Shown: positions 7,856 through 15,706 of the stretch, piece by piece
Numbering within the stretch: the stretch's first letter is position 1
Layout: every line of letters starts with the position of its first letter
DNA from: Campylobacterota bacterium
GTDB taxonomy: Bacteria > Campylobacterota > Campylobacteria > Campylobacterales > Sulfurimonadaceae
Direction of reading: 5' to 3'
Assembly (NCBI GenBank): GCA_034723735.1
Contig: JAYEPE010000299.1
Span: 1 to 32,534, forward strand
Length of the DNA stretch: 32,534 nt
Notes under the pieces: generated by a model
What the model was told of the DNA's origin: nothing
The model's database searches: none
The model's input: only the letters and a program-made list of their open reading frames with translations
Made by a program: the position numbers and the translations under genes

Positions 7856-7994
7856 GCCCTTAGAAAATCAAAAAGCAAAAGAGATTGTACTTCTCTTTTC
7901 TACCTTTCTTATTGCCATTAGTGGACTTATCTATGAGCTTTTAGAGGGGACGGTATCGAGTTATTTTTTAGGGGACTCGATTTTTCACTTCTCT

Positions 7995-9371
7995 TTGGTG
8001 ATTGGTCTCTTTATGAGCTCTATGGGAATAGGTTCGTGGCTTTCGCGCTTTATTGAAAAAGATTTAATAAAGGTCTTTATAGAGCTACAGTTATACATCG
8101 CTGTTATAGGTGGTTATAGCGCTGTTATACTTTTTTATGCCTTTGTAGTTATTGATAATTATACCCCTTTTTTATTTCTTAGCACCATTTTAATTGGTGC
8201 AATGCTAGGGGTGGAAATTCCACTTATTATTAGAATACTCAAAGACTATTTTTCACTTAAAACGAATGTGTCAAATGTTTTTACTATGGATTATATTGGC
8301 GCGCTTATTGCTGCTTTGCTTTTTCCGATGGTTTTTTTACCAAAATTAGGACTCTTGCAGACAGGTCTCTTTTTTGGAATGCTCAATGCCTTTGTTGCTT
8401 TGATGAGTTGGTATCTTTTTCGCTCTGAATTGCCTAAGCGTATCTTTTTCTATATTATAGCAACTATGCTTTTTTTAGGTGCAGGGTTTTATAATCTAGG
8501 ACACTATTCTGCTTTTATTGAACATCGGCTGTATCAAGATGATATTGTTTACTCTGAAGCTACGCCCTATCAGAGCATGGTTGTAACTCGTAATGATAAG
8601 CGCTACCGCCTCTATCTTAATGGTGCTTTGCAGTTTGATACTCTTGATGAGTACCGCTACCATGAAGCCCTTGTACATCCAGCCATGATAGCCACGCCCA
8701 AACATGAAAATATTTTGATTATTGGTGGTGGCGATGGTATGGCGCTTCGTGAAGTTTTAAAATATACAGAGGTTAAGGCAGTCACCTTAGTTGATTTAGA
8801 TGCAAAAATCACAGATCTTTTCACTCATAATGTACTTTTGAAAAAACTCAATAGTAGTGCTTTTAGTGATACACGTGTAAATGTTCTTAATCAAGATGCA
8901 TGGAAGTTTTTAGAGCATACGCAAGCACTTTATGATGTTATAATTATTGACCTGCCTGATCCTAACAATGTATCACTCAGTCGTCTCTACTCTAGAAAAT
9001 TTTATACACTTATTCATAATCATCTCTCTTTTGGTGGAGCCATGGTAACACAATCTACCTCCCCAATGTATGCGAGAAAAGCATTTTATAGCATTGTAAA
9101 TACAGTAAAAAGTACTACAATGAATGTTCTGCCTTATCATGTCTATATTCCAAGTTTTGGAGAGTGGGGTTTTACCTTGGCTATGAATCATAATATTATT
9201 CTTCAAGAGAAAAAACTTCCTCAAGATTTACGCTATCTTGATACTGTACAGCTTAAAGCTATGCAAGTTTTTCCTCCAGATATGAGTGTAGTTGATGCCA
9301 AGGTCAATACCTTAGGATTTCATCCTCTAATGCACTATTATAATGAGGGCTGGGCGTATTGGTATGAGTAA
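7995..9371 (+). CDS. Membrane-anchored spermidine synthase-like aminopropyltransferase-family protein; the true 5' end is probably upstream
   Basis: The C-terminal domain has IIGGGDGMALREV, TLVDLD and IIIDLPDPNN (SpeE-fold SAM/dcSAM pocket motifs). The N-terminal half is polytopic. The same frame is open back to 7821 and encodes the family-typical first helix LLFSTFLIAISGLIYELLEGTVSSYFLGDS, but with no ATG/GTG/TTG before 7995. Confidence 0.75.
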   Translation: MVIGLFMSSMGIGSWLSRFIEKDLIKVFIELQLYIAVIGGYSAVILFYAFVVIDNYTPFLFLSTILIGAMLGVEIPLIIRILKDYFSLKTNVSNVFTMDYIGALIAALLFPMVFLPKLGLLQTGLFFGMLNAFVALMSWYLFRSELPKRIFFYIIATMLFLGAGFYNLGHYSAFIEHRLYQDDIVYSEATPYQSMVVTRNDKRYRLYLNGALQFDTLDEYRYHEALVHPAMIATPKHENILIIGGGDGMALREVLKYTEVKAVTLVDLDAKITDLFTHNVLLKKLNSSAFSDTRVNVLNQDAWKFLEHTQALYDVIIIDLPDPNNVSLSRLYSRKFYTLIHNHLSFGGAMVTQSTSPMYARKAFYSIVNTVKSTTMNVLPYHVYIPSFGEWGFTLAMNHNIILQEKKLPQDLRYLDTVQLKAMQVFPPDMSVVDAKVNTLGFHPLMHYYNEGWAYWYE

Positions 9372-10482
9372 TTTTGAAAAAATTAAAACACCTCTATTTA
9401 TCTGTGAAATGACAAAATTAGAAGAAAATCTAAAGCTACTAAAAGATATTCAAGCCCAAAGTGGCGTGAAAATCCTCTTAGCCTTAAAAGGTTTTTCCTT
9501 ACATGTAAGCTTTCCTCTCATAGCAAAGTACCTCTATGGCGCATCTGCAAGTTCGTATAATGAAGTTCGTTTAGCAAAAGAGAAGTTTGCTAAAGAGGTT
9601 CATACCTATTGTCCTGCTTATAAAGATGATGAGCTTGAAGAGATAGCTACTATGAGTGATAGCATCATTTTTAACTCTCTTGCTCAATATGAACGATTTT
9701 ATCCTCAGATTAAAGAAAAAGCCTCATGTGGATTGCGTATTAATCTGGAGATGCCTTTTGACTTGCCAAAACACTGTAATGCAAATCGTAAGCAGAGCCG
9801 TTTTGGAGTGCTAGGAGATACTTTAAAAGAGTTACCTCAAGCTATTGAAGGCTTACATGTACACGCTCTATGTTCACAAAAATCAGATGCTTTTGAGGCT
9901 ATGCTTCATGTACTCGAAAAGCAGTTTTCAAAACACTTACATCAGCTTAAGTGGGTAAATTTTGGAGGAGGGCATGCGCTTACATGTAAAGAGTATGATA
10001 CGAAGCATCTTGTTCAAATCTTAGAAAATTTTCAAAGAAAATACCCAAATCTTACTCTCTATATAGAACCCTCAGAAGCTATAGTTCATGAAACTGGAAT
10101 TTTAGTGGCAAGTGTGCTTGATATTGTCCATAATGAGATTGATATCGCCATTTTAGATATCTCTGTTGAGGTGCATATGATTGATGTGATGCTTACAAAA
10201 AAATCTCCACAAGTACGTGAGCATTCTAAAGAAGGAGAGTATCATTATCAGTTAGCAGGATGTAGTTGCGCGGCGGGTGATATTTTTGGAAACTATAGTT
10301 TTGAAAAACCTTTACAGGTAGGTGATAGAGTTGTTTTTGAAAATCAGATGGCGTATTCTATGGTAAAAAGTACCTTTTTTAACGGTATTAATCCTGCAGA
10401 TATTGCGATAAAAACTTTTGATGGAAATATAAAGTTTGTAAAAGAATTTTCTTATAGTTCCTATTTAGATGGTTTGGGCTAA
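9364..10482 (+). CDS. nspC: Carboxynorspermidine/carboxyspermidine decarboxylase
   Basis: The N-terminus TPLFICEMTKLEENLKLLKDIQAQSGVKILLALKGFS and NFGGGH are typical of NspC/CANSDC (alanine-racemase-fold decarboxylase). ATG at 9364 overlaps the upstream stop by 8 nt; the ORF-track start at 9343 is less likely. Confidence 0.8.
   Translation: MSNFEKIKTPLFICEMTKLEENLKLLKDIQAQSGVKILLALKGFSLHVSFPLIAKYLYGASASSYNEVRLAKEKFAKEVHTYCPAYKDDELEEIATMSDSIIFNSLAQYERFYPQIKEKASCGLRINLEMPFDLPKHCNANRKQSRFGVLGDTLKELPQAIEGLHVHALCSQKSDAFEAMLHVLEKQFSKHLHQLKWVNFGGGHALTCKEYDTKHLVQILENFQRKYPNLTLYIEPSEAIVHETGILVASVLDIVHNEIDIAILDISVEVHMIDVMLTKKSPQVREHSKEGEYHYQLAGCSCAAGDIFGNYSFEKPLQVGDRVVFENQMAYSMVKSTFFNGINPADIAIKTFDGNIKFVKEFSYSSYLDGLG
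9498..9509. repeat. Iterated palindrome copy, CTTACATGTAAG (12/12)
   Basis: Inside nspC, read as L-H-V-S. Confidence 0.95.
9979..9990. repeat. Iterated palindrome copy, CTTACATGTAAA (10-mer exact)
   Basis: Inside nspC, read as L-T-C-K. Confidence 0.95.
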
Positions 10483-10515
10483 GTTTTTCAAAAGATAAAC
10501 AGCTATAATTCTTTT

Positions 10516-10743
10516 ATGAAATCAATTGAACATATTAAAAACGCACTTAAAGATTTAGATAAAGAGGTTGAAGATATTTTACTCAATATCTCACTTTCAC
10601 TGCAAGATAAAGATAATATTATGTTGCCACTCTTACAGCAAAAACGTGTTTTAACACAGACGCTTGAAGATTTGGAGTATTTAAAAGCTCATCCGCCAAA
10701 ACCAAACCAGCCTTGTGGTATTTCTAAGTATCGAGAAGATTAA
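10516..10743 (+). CDS. Small hypothetical protein (75 aa, predicted helical/coiled)
   Basis: ORF only, with no recognisable motif. It is in the same orientation as, and close to, nspC. Confidence 0.35.
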   Translation: MKSIEHIKNALKDLDKEVEDILLNISLSLQDKDNIMLPLLQQKRVLTQTLEDLEYLKAHPPKPNQPCGISKYRED

Positions 10744-10775
10744 AGATTTTGTTTAAAAAGTAAGTAATTGAAGTA

Positions 10776-10879
10776 CTCCCCTCCAGATACCTGCGGCACA
10801 TAACACTAAGAGGTGGGCTGCTATGTTCCCATCCTGACCCATTGTCTCAAAGCGCTATTGCACAGGTCTAAAGAGAAGC
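10776..10879 (-). ncRNA. ffs: Signal recognition particle RNA (small bacterial 4.5S type)
   Basis: The reverse complement of 10815-10840 reads GGGUCAGGAUGGGAACAUAGCAGCCC. That is the conserved domain IV: GGUCAGG / AGCAGCC loop strands around a GGAA tetraloop closed by AUG/CAU. The flanks pair into one long hairpin (UUCUCUUUAGACCUG ... CAGGUAUCUGGAGGGGAG). The overall order parallels E. coli 4.5S RNA. Ends are approximate (+/-10 nt). Confidence 0.8.
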
Positions 10880-10922
10880 GTTCAAAGCAAAGAATTGCTC
10901 TCAACGCTTAAAAAAGTTCGTT

Positions 10923-10928
10923 ATTATA
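10923..10928 (-). promoter_or_regulatory. Candidate -10 box (TATAAT on the minus strand) upstream of ffs
   Basis: The reverse complement of ATTATA at 10923-10928 is TATAAT, about 44 nt upstream of the predicted SRP RNA 5' end. A 7-bp-stem hairpin (10876-10909) lies between them. Only a sequence match. Confidence 0.25.
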
Positions 10929-10982
10929 GCAAAATGCACTTTTAGATGCAAATTGTAGGGGATATTTAGATAAAATGCAAGA

Positions 10983-11555
10983 ATGACATATATAATTGTT
11001 GCACTCCTTATTGAAGCAAAACCTCTTATAAAACACTATAGCCTTAAGCGTATTGATGAGCCTGATATATTGCTTTTTGCTAATGAAGAGATACTGCTTT
11101 GTGTTACCCAAGTGGGCTATGATAATGCCTTCTTAACAACGCAAAGACTGTTTCAATATCGAAAAGCAAAAGAGTGTGATATTATGATAAACCTTGGACT
11201 TTGTGGCGCACCAAAAGAGTATAAGCTAGGTTCACTGTTGCTTATTGATAAGATTGTTTATCAAAAACAGATCTCTATTTTGGATATTACTATTGAACAT
11301 TCTTGTATTGAAAGTACTCTTCTTAGCGTCACTCAAGCACAATCAAGCACCGCAAAAACCCCTGTTGATATGGAAGCAGATGCTATTTATCGTGCTGTAT
11401 CAGATTTTATGAACCCACATCAGCTACTTTTTGTTAAGATTGTATCTGATCATTTTAAGCCTGAGTCCTTAACAAAAAACTTAGCGTACGGACTTATTAA
11501 TAAGCAGATAAAAGTCATATCTTCACTTATTTACGCTTTACAAAGGAATATATAA
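10983..11555 (+). CDS. Nucleoside phosphorylase/hydrolase-superfamily (PNP_UDP_1-like) protein; specific function unclear
   Basis: 190 aa. The N-terminal beta-strand IIVALLIEAKPL, GLCGA and the acidic DMEADAIY motif resemble the MTA/SAH-nucleosidase and futalosine-hydrolase fold. The assignment is weak. Confidence 0.45.
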   Translation: MTYIIVALLIEAKPLIKHYSLKRIDEPDILLFANEEILLCVTQVGYDNAFLTTQRLFQYRKAKECDIMINLGLCGAPKEYKLGSLLLIDKIVYQKQISILDITIEHSCIESTLLSVTQAQSSTAKTPVDMEADAIYRAVSDFMNPHQLLFVKIVSDHFKPESLTKNLAYGLINKQIKVISSLIYALQRNI

Positions 11556-11560
11556 GTGGG

Positions 11561-12271
11561 ATGTGTATAATGCCTACCGCAATAGTCACTGGGGCTAGCT
11601 CAGGAATAGGAAAAGCGATTGCATTGCGTCTGCTTAAGATGGATTATGATGTGATTGGTATTAGTCGTCATATTGAAAAGAGTATAATAGAGCATGAGCG
11701 CTTTGAAGTGATACAGAGTGACTTAAGCTCTTATGATGATACAATGCTTACATGTAAGAAGCTACAACAACAGTTTAATGATATAGAAATTTTGATTAAT
11801 GCTGCGGGTTTTGGGCGTTTTGAGCCTCATGAAGAGCTGAAATCTCAAACTATTGAAGCGATGATACATGTAAACCTGACAGCGCCGATTCTTTTAAGTA
11901 ATGCTCTTTTACGACAACTTAAAAACACTAAGGGGTATCTTATCAATATTACCTCCATTGAAGCAACACGTTCAAGTAAGTTTTCAGCACTCTATAGCGC
12001 GACAAAGGCAGGGCTTCGTGCTTTTGGACAGAGTCTTTTTGAAGAAGTTCGTAAAAGTGATCTAAGTGTTATCACTATTAACCCAGATATGACAGATACT
12101 GCATTTTTTGATACGCTTAGGTTTGAGCCTTCACAAGAGGAGCATTCACGACTTGAAGATGAAGATATTGCAGATGCGATAGAGCAAATTCTTCGTATGC
12201 GAAAAGGTGTTGTTGTAACAGAATATACAATCCGCCCTCAACGATTTGGAATTTTAAAAAAGTCATTGTAA
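11561..12271 (+). CDS. Short-chain dehydrogenase/reductase (SDR)
   Basis: TGASSGIGKA cofactor motif, NAAG, and the catalytic YSATKAG. An alternative ATG is at 11570. Confidence 0.85.
   Translation: MCIMPTAIVTGASSGIGKAIALRLLKMDYDVIGISRHIEKSIIEHERFEVIQSDLSSYDDTMLTCKKLQQQFNDIEILINAAGFGRFEPHEELKSQTIEAMIHVNLTAPILLSNALLRQLKNTKGYLINITSIEATRSSKFSALYSATKAGLRAFGQSLFEEVRKSDLSVITINPDMTDTAFFDTLRFEPSQEEHSRLEDEDIADAIEQILRMRKGVVVTEYTIRPQRFGILKKSL
11747..11758. repeat. Iterated palindrome copy, CTTACATGTAAG (12/12)
   Basis: Inside the SDR CDS, read as L-T-C-K. Confidence 0.95.
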
Positions 12272-12302
12272 AATGACATCATTATAAGAATAGGCATTCA
12301 TT

Positions 12303-13133
12303 ATGGAAATAAAATACGGCATTCAATACTCAAAACCCAAGGTTACTTTACTTCAAGATACAGGCATAGGTGTAGCTGAAACTGCGGCTCGAACTTGTTA
12401 TGACTCTTTTGAAAATAGTGAAAATGATATTGTAAAAGCTATTGAGACAGTTATGCCCAATGATGCTATGTGTGATGAACTTAACGCCATTGAGGACTCT
12501 AATCTTTTAGATGATTTAGCTTGGACATATTTTCACCACTCTATCTTAGAGCATGCCAATCTCAGCTTCCTTATTCGTGGAACATCACGAGGAGTGCTTC
12601 AAGAACATGCGCGTCACCGTATTCAAGCTATCTCTGTTAGAAGCACACGTTACACTATGAGTTCTATTATCAATGCCTTTGTTGCTTCAAAACATGGGGG
12701 AGATAAAGAGTTCTTTGTAGAAAAACTTTTAAGTTTTGATATGTTTGTTACCACAGATAGAGCTTACAATGCAATCGAAATTGGTGCTATCTATGATAAG
12801 CTTGAGTATCAGCGTAGTGTTGTTGATGATTTTCACTCTATTGCTATTGCCAAAAGCTCATTAAAATTTATAGATGAGATAAGTGATGATGCTGAGGCAC
12901 TTTTTAATGCTTTTGAAGCAGGAAAAAAGAAGCGAAATGTGGGTGATGCTTTTAAGCATATTGTGACTGATAATGTCAAAGTCGATATGGTGGTGACTTT
13001 TAACTTGCGAAGTCTGAAAAACTACTTTACCCTTCGTGATAGTGGTGCTGCCTATTTTCAAATTCGCTGGCTTGCGCAAGAGATGATGCGGGTGACTCCT
13101 CGTAAATATTTAGATTTAATTATCAAAAAATAA
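12303..13133 (+). CDS. thyX: FAD-dependent thymidylate synthase
   Basis: ThyX signature RHR(x7)S(x)RY, present as HARHRIQAISVRSTRY, plus EHANLSF. Confidence 0.85.
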   Translation: MEIKYGIQYSKPKVTLLQDTGIGVAETAARTCYDSFENSENDIVKAIETVMPNDAMCDELNAIEDSNLLDDLAWTYFHHSILEHANLSFLIRGTSRGVLQEHARHRIQAISVRSTRYTMSSIINAFVASKHGGDKEFFVEKLLSFDMFVTTDRAYNAIEIGAIYDKLEYQRSVVDDFHSIAIAKSSLKFIDEISDDAEALFNAFEAGKKKRNVGDAFKHIVTDNVKVDMVVTFNLRSLKNYFTLRDSGAAYFQIRWLAQEMMRVTPRKYLDLIIKK

Positions 13134-13140
13134 TACCTTT

Positions 13141-14898
13141 ATGAATGAGAAAACATATATAAAAGGTAAAGACAGCGACCTTGAATCAAGTATTAAGGAG
13201 ATGTCTGAAAAATTAAAATATTTGGGTATTGACATTGAGGAGGTCTCTGCAATACATCCTGTTGCTTTTGTCTATTCTCAACATATTCGAGACAAAGCAT
13301 GTCATTTAATGTTTACTAATGGGAAAGGCTCTTGTGAAAAATCTTCTTTGGCGAGTGCTTTAGGTGAGTATTTTGAGCGTTTAAGTTGCAACTATTTTTT
13401 TGCAGATTATTATCTTGGAGAGCAATTTGGTAGTGATGATTTTGTACATTATCCTAATGAAAAATGGTTTGAAGTGCAAGATGAAGCTCTACCTGAAGGT
13501 CTTTTAAATGAAGAGTTATGGGCATATTATAATCCTAATGATGAACTTCACCCCGCTCAGATTTTTGATACCAATTCAGGAGTAGGTGAACGTGGTATTT
13601 GTGCTCTGCCTTTTATCTCTCAACGTGATAAGAGGAGAGTCTATTTTCCTGTTAATATTATCGGTAATCTCTATGTAAGTAATGGAATGTCCGCAGGAAA
13701 TACAAAAAATGAAGCTCGAGTTCAGGCACTATCTGAAATTTATGAGCGTTATGTAAAAAATAAAGTTATTGCACAAGAGATTTCACTTCCTCTTATCCCT
13801 CAAGAAGTGATAAGTCGATATCCCCATATTCAAGAATCACTGCATGAATTAGAAAGTTACGGCTATCATTTAAGGTTAGCAGATGCTTCTTTGGGCGGAA
13901 AGTATCCTGTTATCAGTGTTACCTTGATTAACCCAAAAGATGGTTCTGTTTTTGCCTCTTTTGGTGCACATCCCTGCTTTGAAGTTGCCCTAGAGCGTAC
14001 AGTTACAGAACTGCTTCAAGGACGTAGTCTTGATATGTTTGATGATTTTCAAATACCTACTTTTAATAGTGCTGAGGTAGCCGATACTCAAAACCTAGAA
14101 GAGCATTTTATTAATGCAACTGGTTTAATATCTTATAACTTTTTTAGAAAAAGTAGTGATTATGATTTTGTGGATTGGGATTATGAGAGTAATACAGAGA
14201 ATGAATTTGAGTATCTAAGTGCAATAGCCCATGATGATGGCTTGGATATTTATATCGCTGATTATGAATACTTAGGCGTATATGCATGTCGCATTATCAT
14301 TCCAAGTATGTCAGAAATTTATCCTGTAGATGACCTAATGTGGAGTAACAATAATGAAGGTGCCTATTTTCGTGAGGCCATCTTATCTCTTAAAAATCTT
14401 TCCCATGAAGATATGCAATCTGTTTTAGAAAATCTTGAAGAGGGTGAGCATAATGATATGCTCAAGGTAGCAGAATTTATAGGTGTTATTCCTGATGAGA
14501 AAAGTGTATGGGAGAGTTTACAGATAGGTGAACTGAAGGCTATGTTGTATCTAGCACTTCAAGAGTATGAATCTGCAAAAGAGTGGGTGACATGGTGCAA
14601 TCATATAGGAAACTATGATGAAAAGCGTAGTAGTTTATATCAGTGTTTAGATGCTCTTTTGGAGATTAAACTTGATAATAAAGATTTAGATGAGTATGAA
14701 ACAAGCTTGGCTTTAATGTATTGTGATGAGTCTCTTCTTGCATGTAAGAATATCCTTAGTGCAAAAGAGTGTTTTTATGGCTTACACTCTCCAGGATTAA
14801 GTCTAAAAGGGTTTGCACAACATCAAAAGCTTCTCGAAGCTTATAGTAAAATTCATGAAGTGAAGCGTAAATATTTTAATAACATTATCTTTCTATAA
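13141..14898 (+). CDS. ycaO: YcaO-domain protein, E. coli YcaO type (stand-alone)
   Basis: 585 aa. The N-terminal third tracks E. coli YcaO closely as I recall it: GKDSDLESSI...FTNGKGS..SSLASALGEYFERLSCNYFFADY...FVHYPNEKWF. Confidence 0.8.
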   Translation: MNEKTYIKGKDSDLESSIKEMSEKLKYLGIDIEEVSAIHPVAFVYSQHIRDKACHLMFTNGKGSCEKSSLASALGEYFERLSCNYFFADYYLGEQFGSDDFVHYPNEKWFEVQDEALPEGLLNEELWAYYNPNDELHPAQIFDTNSGVGERGICALPFISQRDKRRVYFPVNIIGNLYVSNGMSAGNTKNEARVQALSEIYERYVKNKVIAQEISLPLIPQEVISRYPHIQESLHELESYGYHLRLADASLGGKYPVISVTLINPKDGSVFASFGAHPCFEVALERTVTELLQGRSLDMFDDFQIPTFNSAEVADTQNLEEHFINATGLISYNFFRKSSDYDFVDWDYESNTENEFEYLSAIAHDDGLDIYIADYEYLGVYACRIIIPSMSEIYPVDDLMWSNNNEGAYFREAILSLKNLSHEDMQSVLENLEEGEHNDMLKVAEFIGVIPDEKSVWESLQIGELKAMLYLALQEYESAKEWVTWCNHIGNYDEKRSSLYQCLDALLEIKLDNKDLDEYETSLALMYCDESLLACKNILSAKECFYGLHSPGLSLKGFAQHQKLLEAYSKIHEVKRKYFNNIIFL

Positions 14899-14921
14899 GT
14901 ACTATTACTGTAGACTCTCTG

Positions 14922-15692
14922 ATGCAAAAAGAACACGTAGCCAAAAAGAGATTTGGTCAGAATTTTTTAAAAGATGAGAGTGTTTTACATAAAATCGTCG
15001 AAGCGATGCCCAATGATGAGAGAAAAGTCGCAGAAATTGGACCTGGCTTAGGTGATTTAACTAAATTTTTAGTTGATGTCAAAAGTGTAACTACTTTTGA
15101 GGTCGATACCGATTTATGCAAGATATTGAGTGACACATTCAAAGATGAGATCGCTACCAACCGTTTGACACTCTGTTGTGGAGATGTGCTTGAGGTATGG
15201 AAGACACAGCTTTTAGATGAACCGTATGATTTAGTGGCAAATTTGCCCTATTATATTGCGACAAATATCATCCTTAAAGCCCTCGCAGATCCTCTTTGTC
15301 ATACAATCCTTGTTATGGTTCAGCGTGAAGTGGCACTTAAGTTTGCTGCAACTGCTGGAGAGAAAAACTTTGGTTCATTGGGAATCATTACGCAAAGTGT
15401 GGGTGAGGCTAGTATAGTGCTCAATGTTCCTCCTGAAGCTTTTGACCCAATGCCCAAAGTCGATTCTGCTGTACTGCTCATATCAAAAACAGCAAGTCGA
15501 AGTGATGAAAATTTTGAGGCAATGTTAAAAATAGCATTTACACAGCCTCGAAAAACACTGCTTAAAAACCTCTCTAGCCACTATGAAAAGGAAAAAGTTT
15601 CACAGGCTCTAAGAGAGCTCGAACTTTCTCCTACCATTCGGCCTCATCAAGTAGAAACCTCGGACTATCACCAACTCTATAAAATATTATAA
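14922..15692 (+). CDS. rsmA: 16S rRNA (adenine1518/1519-N6)-dimethyltransferase
   Basis: KKRFGQNFL N-terminal motif, the SAM pocket EIGPGLGDLT, and NLPYYI. Confidence 0.9.
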   Translation: MQKEHVAKKRFGQNFLKDESVLHKIVEAMPNDERKVAEIGPGLGDLTKFLVDVKSVTTFEVDTDLCKILSDTFKDEIATNRLTLCCGDVLEVWKTQLLDEPYDLVANLPYYIATNIILKALADPLCHTILVMVQREVALKFAATAGEKNFGSLGIITQSVGEASIVLNVPPEAFDPMPKVDSAVLLISKTASRSDENFEAMLKIAFTQPRKTLLKNLSSHYEKEKVSQALRELELSPTIRPHQVETSDYHQLYKIL

Positions 15693-15706
15693 AATTAGGA
15701 GTTTGG

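Noticed and set aside
7848-7856. Programmed +1 frameshift fusing DUF350 to the SpeE-like ORF at CAU-UAA-G.
   Set aside because: The SpeE frame is +1 relative to DUF350 and is open across the stop. However, the P-site His codon CAU cannot re-pair in the +1 frame (AUU), no upstream SD-like stimulator is evident, and I know of no DUF350-SpeE fusions. A rare start codon, reinitiation or a sequence error is more likely. This is reported separately as a start-codon problem.
10831-10840. Similarity between the cassette REP core (GGGGGTCAGGACAT) and the SRP RNA segment (TGGGTCAGGATGG).
   Set aside because: The shared GGGTCAGGA is the universally conserved SRP loop sequence. The match does not extend beyond about 10 nt and is most simply coincidence. 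There is no evidence that the REP derives from ffs.
10744-10982. First impression was a riboswitch or leader (for example cobalamin or another metabolite) upstream of the phosphorylase-like gene at 10983.
   Set aside because: I could find no B12-box or other riboswitch core on the + strand. The structured, GC-richer part is fully explained on the minus strand as SRP RNA domain IV plus its closing helix.
13141-14898. YcaO as the marker of a RiPP (azoline/thioamide) biosynthetic cluster.
   Set aside because: The protein is the long E. coli-type stand-alone YcaO. There is no adjacent precursor peptide, no TfuA, and no E1-like/Ocin-ThiF or dehydrogenase partner. Its neighbours (thyX, rsmA, rnj) are housekeeping genes.
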